Shown piece after piece: positions 1 through 12,111 of a stretch of DNA of 32,000 nucleotides. Every line of letters begins with the position of its first letter. Position 1 is the first letter of the stretch. Both the position numbers and the translations under genes were made by a program. Under the pieces are notes generated by a model. That model was not told where the DNA came from and made no database searches. It saw nothing but the letters and a program-made list of their open reading frames with translations. Source of the DNA: Wallemia ichthyophaga EXF-994 (taxonomy: Eukaryota > Fungi > Basidiomycota). The DNA lies in the NCBI RefSeq assembly GCF_000400465.1, contig NW_008806288.1, positions 60,001-92,000 of the forward strand, read 5' to 3'.

Positions 1-1
1 A

Positions 2-3000
2 GCGCGCAGACCAAGTTTGGATCGCAGGCCAAGCGCTGATCGCAGAGGCAGCTCCGCTAGCGTCTTTTCTGAGGGCTCCGACTCAGGCTCTGGCAGACCT
101 CTTTACAGGAGAGCAGACAGGTCCGCTTCTCGTACGCGAGCAAGACGTGACAGCAACAGCAGCGCCAATAGCCCTCTTCTAGAAACAGAACCTGAACGTC
201 CGCCTCTAAGTACTAGTAAAAACTCGGGGGTGTTTAGTGGAATTGCATCGATTTTCGCAGGCCGGAATGATGATGACACCGGCCGGAGACGTCCGCCGGT
301 GAGCAGGAATAGCAGTGCGGCACCGGGTGCAAGTGATGGAAGTGCAGTCAGCGATACTGACTGGGGTTATAGCTCGAATGAAGAGATTTCAGACGATAAC
401 GACACTTCTTCTGAAATGGCCTCCTCTGCAGCGGCTAGTTTAAATAACTCAGAGTCCTCTTCTGCAGCTTCTAGTAGACGGAGGCGCTCCAATGAATTTA
501 TGCCAACTGGAACTTTTGCAGCTGATCCTGTCTTTGGTGATACGAGAATACCGATGGAGCTGTCTCAAGAAGAGACCATAAACCCTGACGCAGAGTTTCT
601 CACCAAGGCAAGTCAAAGTGGTGATCAATCTAGACAGAGGATATACATCCAAGAAGAGGATGTCACCCTACTCGTCACTGGCTTCCGAGCTTCTCCATTC
701 GGTCATTTGCTTTGGTGTCTCGGTGTGCTGTTGACTCTAGGCACTCTCGCTCTTATCGGTAGATGGACACCAGCACTGTGGTTGCGATGGGCTGCAATTG
801 AAGCACCCTTTACTAGCCACTCAGATAGAAAGGAGGCAACTTTTGTCGTTATTGAAACCCAGTTTGGTCATGTCAATCTTTACGACATTGAATCGATGCC
901 GTTTCCCTTTCCAATGTCACATATCTTTCCTCATGACACAACAAAATCAGCGCCATCCACCAGTAAAGTCAAATCGGCAGACACGATTGAATCAGGAACA
1001 AGCAGTGACTCCTCCTCGGCTGGTTTTATACGTTTCTTTGACTACAGATACACCAAATTTATTTTAAACGATGAACAAGGTGTATTCAGGATGATCAGGT
1101 GCGTCTTAATGTTTTGATGGGATTTCCTTAACAAGAACACTCAAGAGACTGGCGTGATCCGCGCTGGATTTCCCAAGGTGCTGTCGCAGGCGGCTTATCA
1201 GAATCCAAACGTGAAGAGCGCCGTGCATTGTTTGGTTTGAATGAAATAGAAATCGAAGAAAGGTCTTGGGGTCAGCTGTTTGTAGATGAGGTACTTCACC
1301 CATTTTACGTCTTCCAGGTGGCTTCGATTGTGCTGTGGAGTATCGACGACTACTACTACTATGCATTTTGCATCGCCGTCATTAGTATATCTTCAATTTT
1401 CACCACCCTAATCGAGACAAAGAGGACAGTCAGACGGATGAAGGAGATGTCAAAGTACTCTTGTGCCGTCTGGCTGAAGTCCAATAACGAGTGTGAGTGC
1501 CTTATTATTACATTGACTTTCTAACGCTCGACTAGGGAAAGTGGTTGAATCTTCAACTCTCCAACCAGGCGACATATTCGACGCTGCAGACCCAAATCTG
1601 CACACCGTACCATGTGATGCAATCCTTCTCAACGGAGATGCTATTGTCAATGAATCGATGCTAACTGGTGAATCAGTACCTGTTGCAAAAGTACCAATTT
1701 CTGACTCAATCCTGCGGACGTATGCAAAGTCAGAGCCAAAAGGTACGACGGACATATCGCCAAGCCTTGCACGTCATTTTATGTATTCTGGCACAAAGAT
1801 CGTCAGGGTGCGCGGTGAAGGTGTTCTTCCAAATGGACAGGAAGGTCCTGCGTTAGCGTTAGTTACGCGTACAGGATTCAACACCACCAAAGGTGCCCTT
1901 GTGCGCTCGATGCTCTTCCCGAAACCGATGGGATTCAAATTTTACAAAGACTCAATGAACTTCATCGGTGTACTTGCAGGTATTGCTTTTCTGGGATTCT
2001 TGGCATCGAGTGTCAACTTTATAAAGCTTGGTATAGCATGGCATACAATCATGGTTCGTGCACTCGACCTAATTACGGTTGTCGTCCCGCCTGCTCTACC
2101 AGCTACAATGTCGATTGGTACTTCGTTCGCTATCAGCAGATTGAGAAAGAAAGGTGTATTCTGTATCTCACCAACAAGAGTAAACGTCGGTGGTAAAATC
2201 AACGTTGTTTGTTTCGACAAGACTGGTACACTTACTGAGGATGGTCTGGACGTGCTCGGAATTAGATCCAAGGAGGATGCAACTAATCGTTTCTCCGAAC
2301 TATACCAAGATGCGTCGGATATACCTCTCGAGAAGAATCACGCGTTGTTGTACGCTCTGGTTACCTGTCACAGCCTCAAGCTTGTCGACGACCAAGTGAT
2401 TGGTGACCCACTCGATATCAAAATGTTTGAGAACACAAATTGGACACTCGAAGAAGGCAAAATTGGCTCACAGCAGCGATCAACTGGAATAACTGAAAAT
2501 AATCACACAGATAAAAAAGGCAAGAGTAAATCATCACGCATTCCAAAACGACCATCCGCGCTGGTGCAAACAATAGTTCGACCACCGGGAGGCAAAACTG
2601 TTACGTCAAATTCGAGCAAATCGTTTTTAGAGTTGGGAGTTATACGGACATTCGACTTTGTCTCAAGTCTGCGGAGGATGAGCGTTATAGTGAAAAAACT
2701 TAAGTCACAGTCGATGGAGGTGTACGTTAAAGGAGCACCGGAATCAATGGCAGAAATTTGCGATAAGGACTCATTCCCAGAAGATTATGATGACTTGTTG
2801 TCTTACTATACCAAACATGGTTATAGAGTGATTGCATTGGCTGGAAAGTCTATACCTGGGTTGACTTGGATAAAAGCACAAAGAATGAAGCGTGAACAGG
2901 CTGAGAGTGGTTTGCAATTCTTGGGATTGATTATATTTGAAAACAAATTGAAGCCAGGTACGACACCTGCTATATCCACCCTCAGACAGGCACACCTGGC

Positions 3001-4367
3001 AATACGTATGGTGACGGGCGATAATCCAAGAACTGCAATAAGTGTAGCGCGTGAATGTGGTTTGATTGGTGTGGCTGGTCATGTATTTATTCCGACATTC
3101 GTCAGGGGCACAAGCGAAGATCCAGCTGCTCAGCTTGAATGGTCGAGTGCAGATGATGACAAGTTGAAACTCGATTCATATTCCCTGCGACCATTTCTCG
3201 ATGAGGAAGACGATAACAGCGAACTGAATATAGAGTACCAAGATTATCATCTCGCAGTCACTGGAGATGTTTTTAGGTGGATGATGGAATTCTCCCCGCT
3301 GGAAACACTAGAAAGAATGCTGGTCAAGTCGCAAATCTTTTCGAGAATGTCACCAGACCAGAAATGCGAATTGGTTGAGAGATTACAGCAGTTAGGATAT
3401 ACAGTTGGGTTTTGTGGTGATGGTGCGAATGACTGTGGTGCTCTCAAGGCTGCAGATGTTGGTTTGTCTCTTTCGGAAGCAGAAGCATCGGTAGCTGCAC
3501 CTTTCACATCAAATACCCCCGATATAAGCTGTCTCATTGAGGTGCTCAAAGAGGGTAGATCAGCACTAGTGACATCATTCAGTTGTTTCAAGTACATGGC
3601 TCTGTACTCGCTCATCCAATTCACATCAATAACTCTGCTATACTCATTCGCATCTAGCTTAGGTGACTTTCAATTCCTAGCTATAGATCTTGCAATTATT
3701 CTACCAATTGCCGTCACAATGGGTAGGACATTACCTTATCCATCCGTCCACCCGAAGCGGCCGACGGCTAATCTAGTTTCGAAGAAGGTACTGACGTCTA
3801 TAATTGGTCAGACTGTTATTTGCTCAGCTATTCAATTCTTCGTCTTTTTTGATGTCAGACGTCAGCCTTGGTATGAGCCACCAGAAGTGAATGTAGACAA
3901 GCTAGAGACGAGGAACTATGAGAACAGTGCAATCTTTATAGTATCTTGCTTCCAGTATGTGCTGGTAGCTCTGGTGTTTAGTGTTGGTCCGCCTTTCCGC
4001 CAGCCGCTCTACACGAATCTTCTTTTCTTGTTGACGCTGGTTGTGTTATTTGGCTGCGCTGTCGTTATCCTTTTCTTACCTTCTGGCGCTGTTTTCGAGC
4101 TGCTCGAGCTGATGCCTTTCCCATGGTCGTATCACTTGAAGTTGTTGGGCATTGTGCTTGTGAATGTCTTGGTATCGTTGACATATGAGGTGCGTTTACA
4201 AACAAAAGCCAGCTTCCACGTGCTAACTAGGAACACAGAAATACGCAGAGAAGAAGGTAGCCAAATATGTAGGCAGTGTGCTGCGTTCTTGGAGGCATTG
4301 GAGAAGAGGAGATTACTCACAATCGCGCAAGGCATACAAACACGTCGAAGGTAATTGGCGGCGGTGA
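2..4367 (+). CDS. YPK9: P5B-type ATPase (Ypk9/ATP13A2-like), 5' end outside the window; 3 introns
   Basis: Contains the DKTGTLT phosphorylation motif, the P5B-type PPALP, TGES, MVTGDN and GDGANDCGAL. GT-AG introns at 1099-1145, 1493-1535 and 4190-4238 join the three track ORFs in frame. C-terminus ...SRKAYKHVEGNWRR* with TGA at 4365-4367. The frame is open to the window edge. Confidence 0.95.
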
Positions 4368-4430
4368 GTAGTATTGTAAGAAATGCATCTATAATATTTA
4401 TATGGGATTAACGATGTCCGAATAAATGGT

Positions 4431-5703
4431 CTAAACTAATCCTTGAGAACGTGCTCTAGATTCGATCACTTCGCTAACAAGTCTGCGCATGTCCTGAGCC
4501 TTCTTTTGACCCTCCTCAAGAACCTCCATGTGGCTAACTACCTCAGACTTTTTGTATACAGGTGGAGGAGTGCCGTTAAGTTCTGCCTCGACGATTGCTT
4601 TTGCAGAAGGGTATGATTCTGGTATGACGACGAGGTTAGTAACGAGCGAGAGAACGAGAACCTTGACTCCAGCGTGGTGCGCAGCTATGACTTCAGGGAT
4701 GGTTGACATTCCAACGACGTCCGCACCTGCTTGTCTCAGTAAGCGGCCCTCGGCTGGAGTTTCGTAGGTTGGACCGGTGACCCAGCAGTAGGTACCCTCA
4801 ACCACGGCATCCTTGCTCAAACCAATCTTATGGGCTGCTCTGTGAGCCAACAGACGAAGATCGAAGTTGTGCGCGTCCGATTGAGGGAGGAAGCGTGGTG
4901 GTTGTGGTGGTTCAGGCGTAGTTTTCTTCAATGCTGGTGTCTGGATAGGCACGAGAGGGCCTTTGAGTGGGTTCTCTGACTGTATATTGTAAGCAGTGTT
5001 GTTGTTATAGACAGCAAGACTGTAAGACACTCACGGTTAATCCGGGGAAAGCGATGTGATCGTGCACAGAGACGACTGTTGGGAATTAGAAGCGTGTTCT
5101 GGTTCCCAAAAGACACACCTACTAGTTCCAGATGGGATTTGAGGGTTGAGTGATCCGGCAGCGTTTGTGACTTTGATGAGAGTGAGACGGAGTTTCAGCG
5201 ACGGTGGAATAAAGACCAACTGATGATGCTATCAATGCCCAAGTGCGCCATTGTGCGGATAGGGAAGATAGTCTGAGAAGCTGTCCAGCCTGTAATTGGT
5301 GTGAGGATGAGAGTAAGTACGGTAGACTGTGCAGACCTTCATACATGTGAAACTTGAGCGTATTGTTAGCCTGAGTATACGTTCAATGGGCGAAACCCAC
5401 TCTCCCCAGCATGCATACTACAGGCACTTTGATATCCTTTCCTAAGAAACCGAAGGCCAATTTAGATTTGTGGCCGCTGACTATAAAATGTTAGGCGTTG
5501 TAGACGGTGGAAACGCTCAACTCACCGCCGCTCTCCGCAAACCCAGGAATCTCAGCGTAATCAATCTCAAAACGTGAATCGAGGTCGTCAGCCAGAGTAC
5601 CGAGGCCACTGCCGCAGACTATTCCAATAACAGGTGACGCTAATTGAGCTGGTACTCGCGATTTCAACGTTTGAACAGCCTGTTCGATTGCTTTGACCTC
5701 CAT
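4431..5703 (-). CDS. PNP1: Purine nucleoside phosphorylase, about 6 introns
   Basis: Exons translate to GIVCGSGLG, VSGHKSKL, MLGR|FHMYEG, VTNAAGSLN, HDHI, GPTYETPAE, VGMSTIPE and LSLVTN, all typical of trimeric PNP. Start taken at the first ATG (MEVKAIEQ). Confidence 0.95.
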
Positions 5704-5841
5704 GTTCGTGTCCAACTGCTTATCTCCGTTGAGCGGCGTTCACAGCGAATGAAATAAATTTTGAATATCACGGTAAACACAGTCTATTTTTCACGCTGAT
5801 ATTGTTCTCTGTGTAGCACTTGTCCTTGCCTCTGCATTACC

Positions 5842-6150
5842 ATGACAGGGCAGCAGCAGCACTCCCAGAAGCATTCCCAGCAAAACTCCCATCAGCCTTA
5901 TCCCAAACCATCCGAGGGCACACACCGCTCACTCAAAAACGACAAGCCAGTCTGGGAGAGCTGGAAGTGTGAGTGAGTTGTTCAATGAGCGCGCACCGCT
6001 CACACAGCAACAGCAATACACCCACGCAATAGATTGATGATAGCTTCCTCTGTCTTTGTTTTCTCTGCTATCGGCTTATACGTATCAGAACAGCTTGAGG
6101 ACAAGTACCCCGCAGTGAGAACAACTACACCAAATAAAAAGCATAATTGA
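5842..6150 (+). CDS. Small 87-aa single-pass membrane protein, uncharacterised (not in ORF track)
   Basis: ATG 5842; intron 5969-6013 (GTGAGT..CAG, 45 nt); TGA 6148-6150. Protein is MTGQQQHSQK...VWESWKSIHPRNRLMIASSVFVFSAIGLYVSEQLEDKYP...HN, with one hydrophobic segment. Confidence 0.75.
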
Positions 6151-6245
6151 TTCAATCCCGTGCATAGTATGTATAATTAGATTTTATTTTCAATTTTCGC
6201 GGCCTCGAGATTAATTTGGCTATCCTCCCATCCGTCTTCCCAACT

Positions 6246-7178
6246 ATGACTTCACCGTTGGTACCTTCTTACACGCCTAAAGATTACGGCAGCTTCTTCC
6301 TTTCCGGTGCCACGTGCTGCACACTTTCTCATGGTTTCTTCACCCCTTTTGACGTCATCAAGACTCGGATTCAAGTGGACAGTGCTTTTAGAGGAGCAAA
6401 TCTACTCAGTGGAGCGAAGCAGATAGCATCCAAAGAGGGCCCCTCAACATTGCTCACTGGCTTTGGACCAACCGCGGTTGGATACTTCTTCCAGGGTGGT
6501 CTCAAGTTCGGTTTCTATGAATACTTCAAGCGTCTTTCTGTCCTCAGCGTTGGCTCCCATCAGGAGGCTGTTAGAAATAGAACAATGATTTATTTGACGT
6601 CAGCAGCAAGCGCAGAGCTCGTTGCTGACGTTGCTTTGGCTCCCTTGGAGGCAACGAGAATAAGACTGGTTTCGGATAAGAACTTTGGAGCTAAAGGAAT
6701 GGTTGATGGATTCTTGAAACTCGCACGTGAAGGTGGATTCAAGGTTTTATACGCCGGTTTCGTACCGCTTATCTTCAAGCAAGTGCCATACGCTGTTGGG
6801 CAGTTCATGACAAATGAATTCGCTCACAACATGGTTAATAGAAGTTTGAGCTCAGAAACTAGAAAGCAAATCAGCAATAACAAGGGTGCTGAGTTGACCT
6901 TGACATTGGGTTGTGGATTGGCGGCTGGTGTAGCAGCTGCGGTATTGAGTCATCCCGGTGACACGCTGATGAGTAAAATAAGTGGTAGTTCAGATAAAAA
7001 TCGTTCAGCGACTTCGCAACTCATCCAAATTGCTAAAAAGACGGGCTTCACTGGTTTATGGCAGGGTCTTGGAGCTAGGACTTGGATGACGGCTGGATTG
7101 GTTAGCAGTCAGTTTTTCATGTACAAGGCTATCAAAGATGCTATAGGTGCGCCGCCTGGAGTTGAAATCGATGCGTGA
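6246..7178 (+). CDS. MIR1: Mitochondrial phosphate carrier (SLC25, Mir1/Pic2 family)
   Basis: Three carrier repeats with Px[DE]xx[KR] signatures (PFDVIK, PLEATR, PGDTLM), plus GFGPTAVGYFFQGGLKFGFYE and KQVPY. Single exon; first ATG at 6246. Confidence 0.92.
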   Translation: MTSPLVPSYTPKDYGSFFLSGATCCTLSHGFFTPFDVIKTRIQVDSAFRGANLLSGAKQIASKEGPSTLLTGFGPTAVGYFFQGGLKFGFYEYFKRLSVLSVGSHQEAVRNRTMIYLTSAASAELVADVALAPLEATRIRLVSDKNFGAKGMVDGFLKLAREGGFKVLYAGFVPLIFKQVPYAVGQFMTNEFAHNMVNRSLSSETRKQISNNKGAELTLTLGCGLAAGVAAAVLSHPGDTLMSKISGSSDKNRSATSQLIQIAKKTGFTGLWQGLGARTWMTAGLVSSQFFMYKAIKDAIGAPPGVEIDA

Positions 7179-7377
7179 TTAAAGTTGTACTTTGTTAAAA
7201 TTTTCACCTTACTTGGATGGATGTTTGAGTGGGTTAGAAATGTAGGTGTCGAAATAATTTAATAAATGGTTTTTGAATATTCTTTTACGCTAATTTAAAC
7301 TGCTCGGATTTTGTTCCCCGAGGTTCGTCATTTACGTCCGAGAAACAATCGCCTATCTCTTATCTTTGACAGCCTCA

Positions 7378-8869
7378 ATGAGCTTGACGACAATGCAAAT
7401 GCCCAAGTGCAAGACAACAATACTGACGAGGGCTGTTATTCTTATTGCCGCGCTCGCCCTACTCAATGGAGCACTATGGATAGTCACTGCGCTGTGCTTC
7501 TCGGATCGATTACTCTCTCTGGCGCTGCTAGCGTGGACGCTCGGACTGCGCCATGGTCTGGATGTGAGTAAGGAAGAAGACGCTGCTATAGTATCGCTCA
7601 CCCACCCCACCAGAGCGATCACATCGGTGAGTCTGATGACCATATTCGATAAGACCCACTTAAAATCACAGCATCAATCGATAATTCTGTTAGAAAACTC
7701 ACTGCTAGAAATGGCATTTATCCAGTGACAGTTGGATTTTTTTTCGCTGCCGGTGAGTGACCTAATCAGTTACCGCGGTGAGAATAATCTCATTAGATAG
7801 ACCAGGTCATTCAACGGTAGTGCTTATTGTCACGATTGCTTTGGTAGCTGGTGCGCAGGTTTATGACAACTTAAACACGCTTGAGCAACTCGGTGGTGTT
7901 GTTGGAAGTGTCATATCGACCGCGTTCCTAATGCTGTTGGGTGTCACCAACAGCTTCACTCTGTGGCAAGCTATACAGTCGCGCAAAGAGGTATGTGGGG
8001 GTGATTACGTAGAGTGGTTACAATCTGACACTACCACAGATGCAGTTCACTGACACCACCCATGAAGATGGAAATTTACAACCTAAATCTCCGTCTTTCT
8101 TGTCTAGATTGTTTTCGCCTCTTTTAAACTGGGTGGATAGGCCAAGCAAGCTATATGTTATTGGCTGTCTCTTCAGTCTCGGGTTCGACACTACCTCCTC
8201 TATGGTCTTACTATCTGTGTCAGCGTTAGCTGCCGAAGAAGTGCAGAAACCCTACAGTATTCTTTTGTTCCCACTTTTGTTCGCCAGTGGAATGATACTC
8301 GTTGATTCACTCGACAACGTCATGATGTTGTACCTGTATACCCCACGTACCGATTGGAGGAGAGAGTCGCACTTCAAGTTGGAATTTGGTGAGGGCAAGA
8401 ATAGTGCTACGGATAGAGATGAGACAGCATCTTTGATTGATAGTGGTAGTGAGGGCAGTCGTGAAACTCAAATACAAAACACCGAATATAGTGGATTAAA
8501 TTGCCACGACAGGCAGCAGAAGATGTTGGATTTGAATAAATCTACTATATTAATCACGGCGTTGTCGGTATGCGTCGCACTAGGGTGAGACTTTGCCCAT
8601 TTATGGAATAAACTAATGCAAAATAGGGTATCGTTGATACAAATGATGGGATTAGTCGTTGAAAACTGTGAAAGCTGCATCGATCATATTGAAAAAGGTG
8701 ATTTGGTGGGGTATTGGTGGGGGTGGTGGTTGATGGTGGGTAGCTCAAATTAGCTTTATGACGCAGCTGACACGGGGAAAAGCTCTCCGAAAACAGCATA
8801 TACGTTGGAATAGGGATAGTATCTACGTTTGGGGTAATAATTTTAGCTTTGTACAGTAAAACACTTTGA
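7378..8869 (+). CDS. NIC1: High-affinity nickel/cobalt permease (NiCoT/HoxN/Nic1 family), 6 introns
   Basis: The spliced product carries the NiCoT motifs RHGLD|SDHI (variant of RHAxDADHI), FAA|GHS and LGFDT. Introns at 7564-7613, 7627-7671, 7753-7805, 7991-8045, 8585-8626 and 8736-8781 keep the frame to TGA 8867-8869. The start Met is uncertain. Confidence 0.9.
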
Positions 8870-9083
8870 AAAAAGCCTCTGAGGGTATTTAGTGCTTTCT
8901 TCAAAAGTGACATATCAGTGTATTCACATTCCGATCCAATCCGCTCAGAGCGAACTAAATTATCAAAAAGAATTTTCGGTTTGCTTAAGTCATAGTCGCG
9001 CCTCGGAACTTCGAGACTTACATCAGCCATCACTCAAACAGAAATTGTTAGAAACGACGACGCAAAGCAGAGAAAGATATTTT

Positions 9084-10183
9084 ATGATGACTATGTCGAA
9101 TAGTTTTATCTTTACCCAGCGTCTCCCGCTACCACAGTCTTCAATATTCAAGTGAGTGTGATAGCCTTTCAAGCGGGCGACTGGGATGCTAACAACGAGC
9201 GCAAGCAGTGGACTTACAGCGCCATCGATAAACTCAAAGGATTACAATTTATGGGAACCTGATAACTTCTCAAAACATGCAGACGGTGCGTACCTTGGCT
9301 TTGACATTGTGGCTACAAATCTGACGTAAATGTGGAACTAGATGGCGGATGCGTAATTCCGACGACAAGTGAAATATTATACACTCATCCAATACAACCA
9401 TGGAAATCATGCTTAATTAGCTCAAATTACTTATATAATCACTCAAACTACCTTAATTATTTCTGTCAAGGTTCTTCCCGCGGCGACGAGTTTGAAGAGG
9501 CTTTTGATAATATAGCGCTTGAGCAGCAGAGAGAGATTATGGAGAAGACACAGCAGCAACAGCAGGTCCAAATGCAACTTGAGCGGCAGCAGCTTGATCA
9601 TAAGCGGCAGCAAATCAAGCAGAAGCAGCAGCAGCGGGAACTGCAGCAACGCGATCAAGTACAACAGCAACAAAAGGAACAACAACACCAGCAGCAAGAA
9701 GAAAAATCTGATAACGATCAGCTTGAACACCTCAAGAAAGCACGCGAAATACCACTCCACCTCAGAGTCAACGAAGAACAGGAGCAGGAGAATACAAGTT
9801 CGCAGAAGCAGACAGAAACACAAAAAAAGGCAAAGCCACAACCACAAACACACCCTCAAACACCACACATAGGCACATCTAGAATCCCACCACATAAACC
9901 CAATGAGCAAAAGAGACAACCAATAGCATGCTTCAACTGTCGTCAAAGGAGGCTGAAGTGTGATGGTGAGAATCCATGCTCACCTTGTGTGAGGAGGGGT
10001 GTAGCAGAATCGTGTGCATTTGCGCAGCAGGTCAGAAGACGCGGACCTGGGCGTAAGAAACTTGCACAATTAGCCAGTCTTGGAGATGTTAATGCTGCCA
10101 ACGCATTAGGCATCAAGCCAGGCGAGTGGGTGAGAGATCCAGAGTTGTTTCCACCATCACCTAAGCGCAAGAGGAACGACTGA
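9084..10183 (+). CDS. Zn(II)2Cys6 binuclear cluster protein with poly-Q tract and C-terminal cluster
   Basis: CFNCRQRRLKCDGENPCSPCVRRGVAESC lies near the C-terminus and a Q-rich tract spans about 9530-9700. Introns at 9152-9205 (branch GCTAAC) and 9286-9341 (CTGAC) link upstream exons in frame. A further in-frame intron at 9369-9470 is possible. Confidence 0.8.
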
Positions 10184-10432
10184 AGGGGGTGATCAAGAAA
10201 GAAGCATTCAGTAGACGTTTAATAGGCACTCAAGACACCTTCCACTCATCACACTCATCACACTCATCGCACAACTAATATCCCAAGTAATCAGTTTTCA
10301 GCATTGCATTGCATGACATATGTTATCATTATAAGCTATTTAAAAGAGAGAGAAGAAACGAAATACAAGATACAGATTTCTCTAATTGTACTATCTACCA
10401 AAGTAATTAAAGTAATTGATGCAAATTTTCAC

Positions 10433-11110
10433 TTAATCTGTCTTTTCATCCATACTACGGTGTAATTGGCGTTCGTAGTCAACGTATGCATCACCAGCAA
10501 GAAAGAGGAGCACGCCAGTGAGACTAACTGCGCAAAGAAGGTTAGCAGCTGCAATGTCCCTGATAGCAGCGATGAGCTGAGGAGGGGTTGATGGCAGAAG
10601 AACGTCTGGGGTATCGAATGGACTGAGTGAGGGTGGGTGATTGGGGGGCGTGGACCAGTGATGGTGATATGGCGGGTGCATCGTTGTGTCCATCGAATGT
10701 GGTATGTTGGATAAAGGCGGCAGAGCGTGTAAATAATATACGGCCACGGCTGTAGAAAAGAGGAAGAGAGACGCAGCTTCAAAAACCCAGGCGGAATCAC
10801 CACCGAAACCATTAAAGAGGCCAATCAAAAGACAGCTTATGCCGATACTCGCGACGAGCGCAACAACCGCCTTCATTGAGTCTGGCGTGGAGACTAAGTT
10901 ACGATAGTACGAGAGAGCAGTGGAGAGAGAATCAGCTGTTGGGGTTTGCCATAGAGTACCATGATCTGCGATCCAGTGCGTAAACAGAGTGCCTGGCGTG
11001 GTGTGAGAAGGGCGCTGCACTGCAAATAAACTCAGCCCACCTAACAGAAAACTGGCTGAACAGAGTATTGAGCACAGCCGGAAGTTCTCGCAGTTTGTCG
11101 CCTTGATCAT
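10433..11110 (-). CDS. SHR3: ER membrane chaperone for amino-acid permeases, Shr3 family
   Basis: Four TM segments; ASFLLG|TLFTHWIADH, FEAASLFLF..VY and AANLLCAVSLTGVLLFLAGDAY match the Shr3 pattern. A 48-nt in-frame intron lies at 10993-11040. Confidence 0.85.
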   Translation of the reverse strand: MIKATNCENFRLCSILCSASFLLGGLSLFAVQRPSHTTPGTLFTHWIADHGTLWQTPTADSLSTALSYYRNLVSTPDSMKAVVALVASIGISCLLIGLFNGFGGDSAWVFEAASLFLFSTAVAVYYLHALPPLSNIPHSMDTTMHPPYHHHWSTPPNHPPSLSPFDTPDVLLPSTPPQLIAAIRDIAAANLLCAVSLTGVLLFLAGDAYVDYERQLHRSMDEKTD

Positions 11111-11133
11111 TGTGCGTATGTTGGGCGTCGACT

Positions 11134-12011
11134 ATGAACGTTGATTTGGAAGAATTTAGAGGAGTTTGCGAGAATTTCTATGACAAAAATAAAATAAGTA
11201 ATAGCACCGAAGCAAAGGATGTCGATGCCTTCTTCATTCACGCTTCTCCGGCCCAGCGAGTGGATTTGACTCGGGAGCAGAACAAAGTGCGAGCGGAGTT
11301 TCATCAGCGGGTGGAGAATGAGCGCAGGAGGGTATTTGAGGGATTGTGTGTGGATACTCAAGTTCGGCGACTGCCGTATAGCACCATCATCGACACGCTT
11401 AAACAGTTTATAGAGAGGCACTACAACGACAACAATAGAAACCCAGGCATAGAGATGTTTCTCGTCGCTCTATACACCCTGCTTAGACTGCAGCGATGCT
11501 ATCCACGCAGATTAGCGTGGATTCTCGATAATAGCGCGTTTACGGAGAATGGGTGAGTGGGGTTGCTCAATATGGCACTGCTTACTCGACTCCAGGCACA
11601 AAGATTTCACGTAGGAGTGTATCTGTACTTCCACTCACCCACTCACACCACTAAGCATCGACGCATACAGCCTCGTTGTCGGCGTGCTCGGCTGTGAGGT
11701 GATAGACAGATACAAAAACACAGGCACTTATGTCCTTCCAGCGACGCTGACGAATGTGAGCATACAACGCACAATACCAGACTACCTACTAACAAAGACA
11801 GTCTGAATTGAGTGGCATAGCTAGGGTATTACCATTTAGTGTAAAACGCAGCACACGCATTCTCAAGTCGTTGCAAGGCGATGCAGAAGCAGGCAAGAAA
11901 GATAAGATGGCCGTGGGGGATGTGTACGAGTCGAGCAGTCCGCGTGATTATGCGCGTAAGGAGGGAATATTAAGTCAGCTGTACAACTATATATTGGATA
12001 TTATCCTGTGA
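11134..12011 (+). CDS. Hypothetical protein, 247 aa, 4 exons
   Basis: Exons 11134-11552, 11596-11610 (15-nt microexon), 11656-11755 and 11802-12011 join two track ORFs in frame through GT-AG introns of 43, 45 and 46 nt. No family was recognised. Confidence 0.8.
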
Positions 12012-12111
12012 AACCTTTCTTGAATGACAATTTTCACTCTAATTTTCTGCGTCATTTCTGTTATCTAAAATTCTTCAACAAACAATCGCAAATAAAGTGA
12101 AGACAAACAAG

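Noticed and set aside
6216-6245. Non-AUG (TTG) N-terminal extension of the phosphate carrier
   Set aside because: The frame is open for 10 codons, but nothing in the sequence supports initiation there.
8554-9033. 159-aa minus-strand ORF
   Set aside because: It overlaps the last NIC1 exons antisense, has a GTG start and matches no family.
9443-9946. Leu-rich minus-strand ORF
   Set aside because: It is the antisense shadow of the CAG/CAA poly-Q tract.
10243-10270. Short tandem repeats (CACTCATCA x3; also ATTCA runs at about 18040-18060 and CATCTCA at about 20222-20245)
   Set aside because: Ordinary low-complexity UTR or intergenic microsatellites with no further structure.
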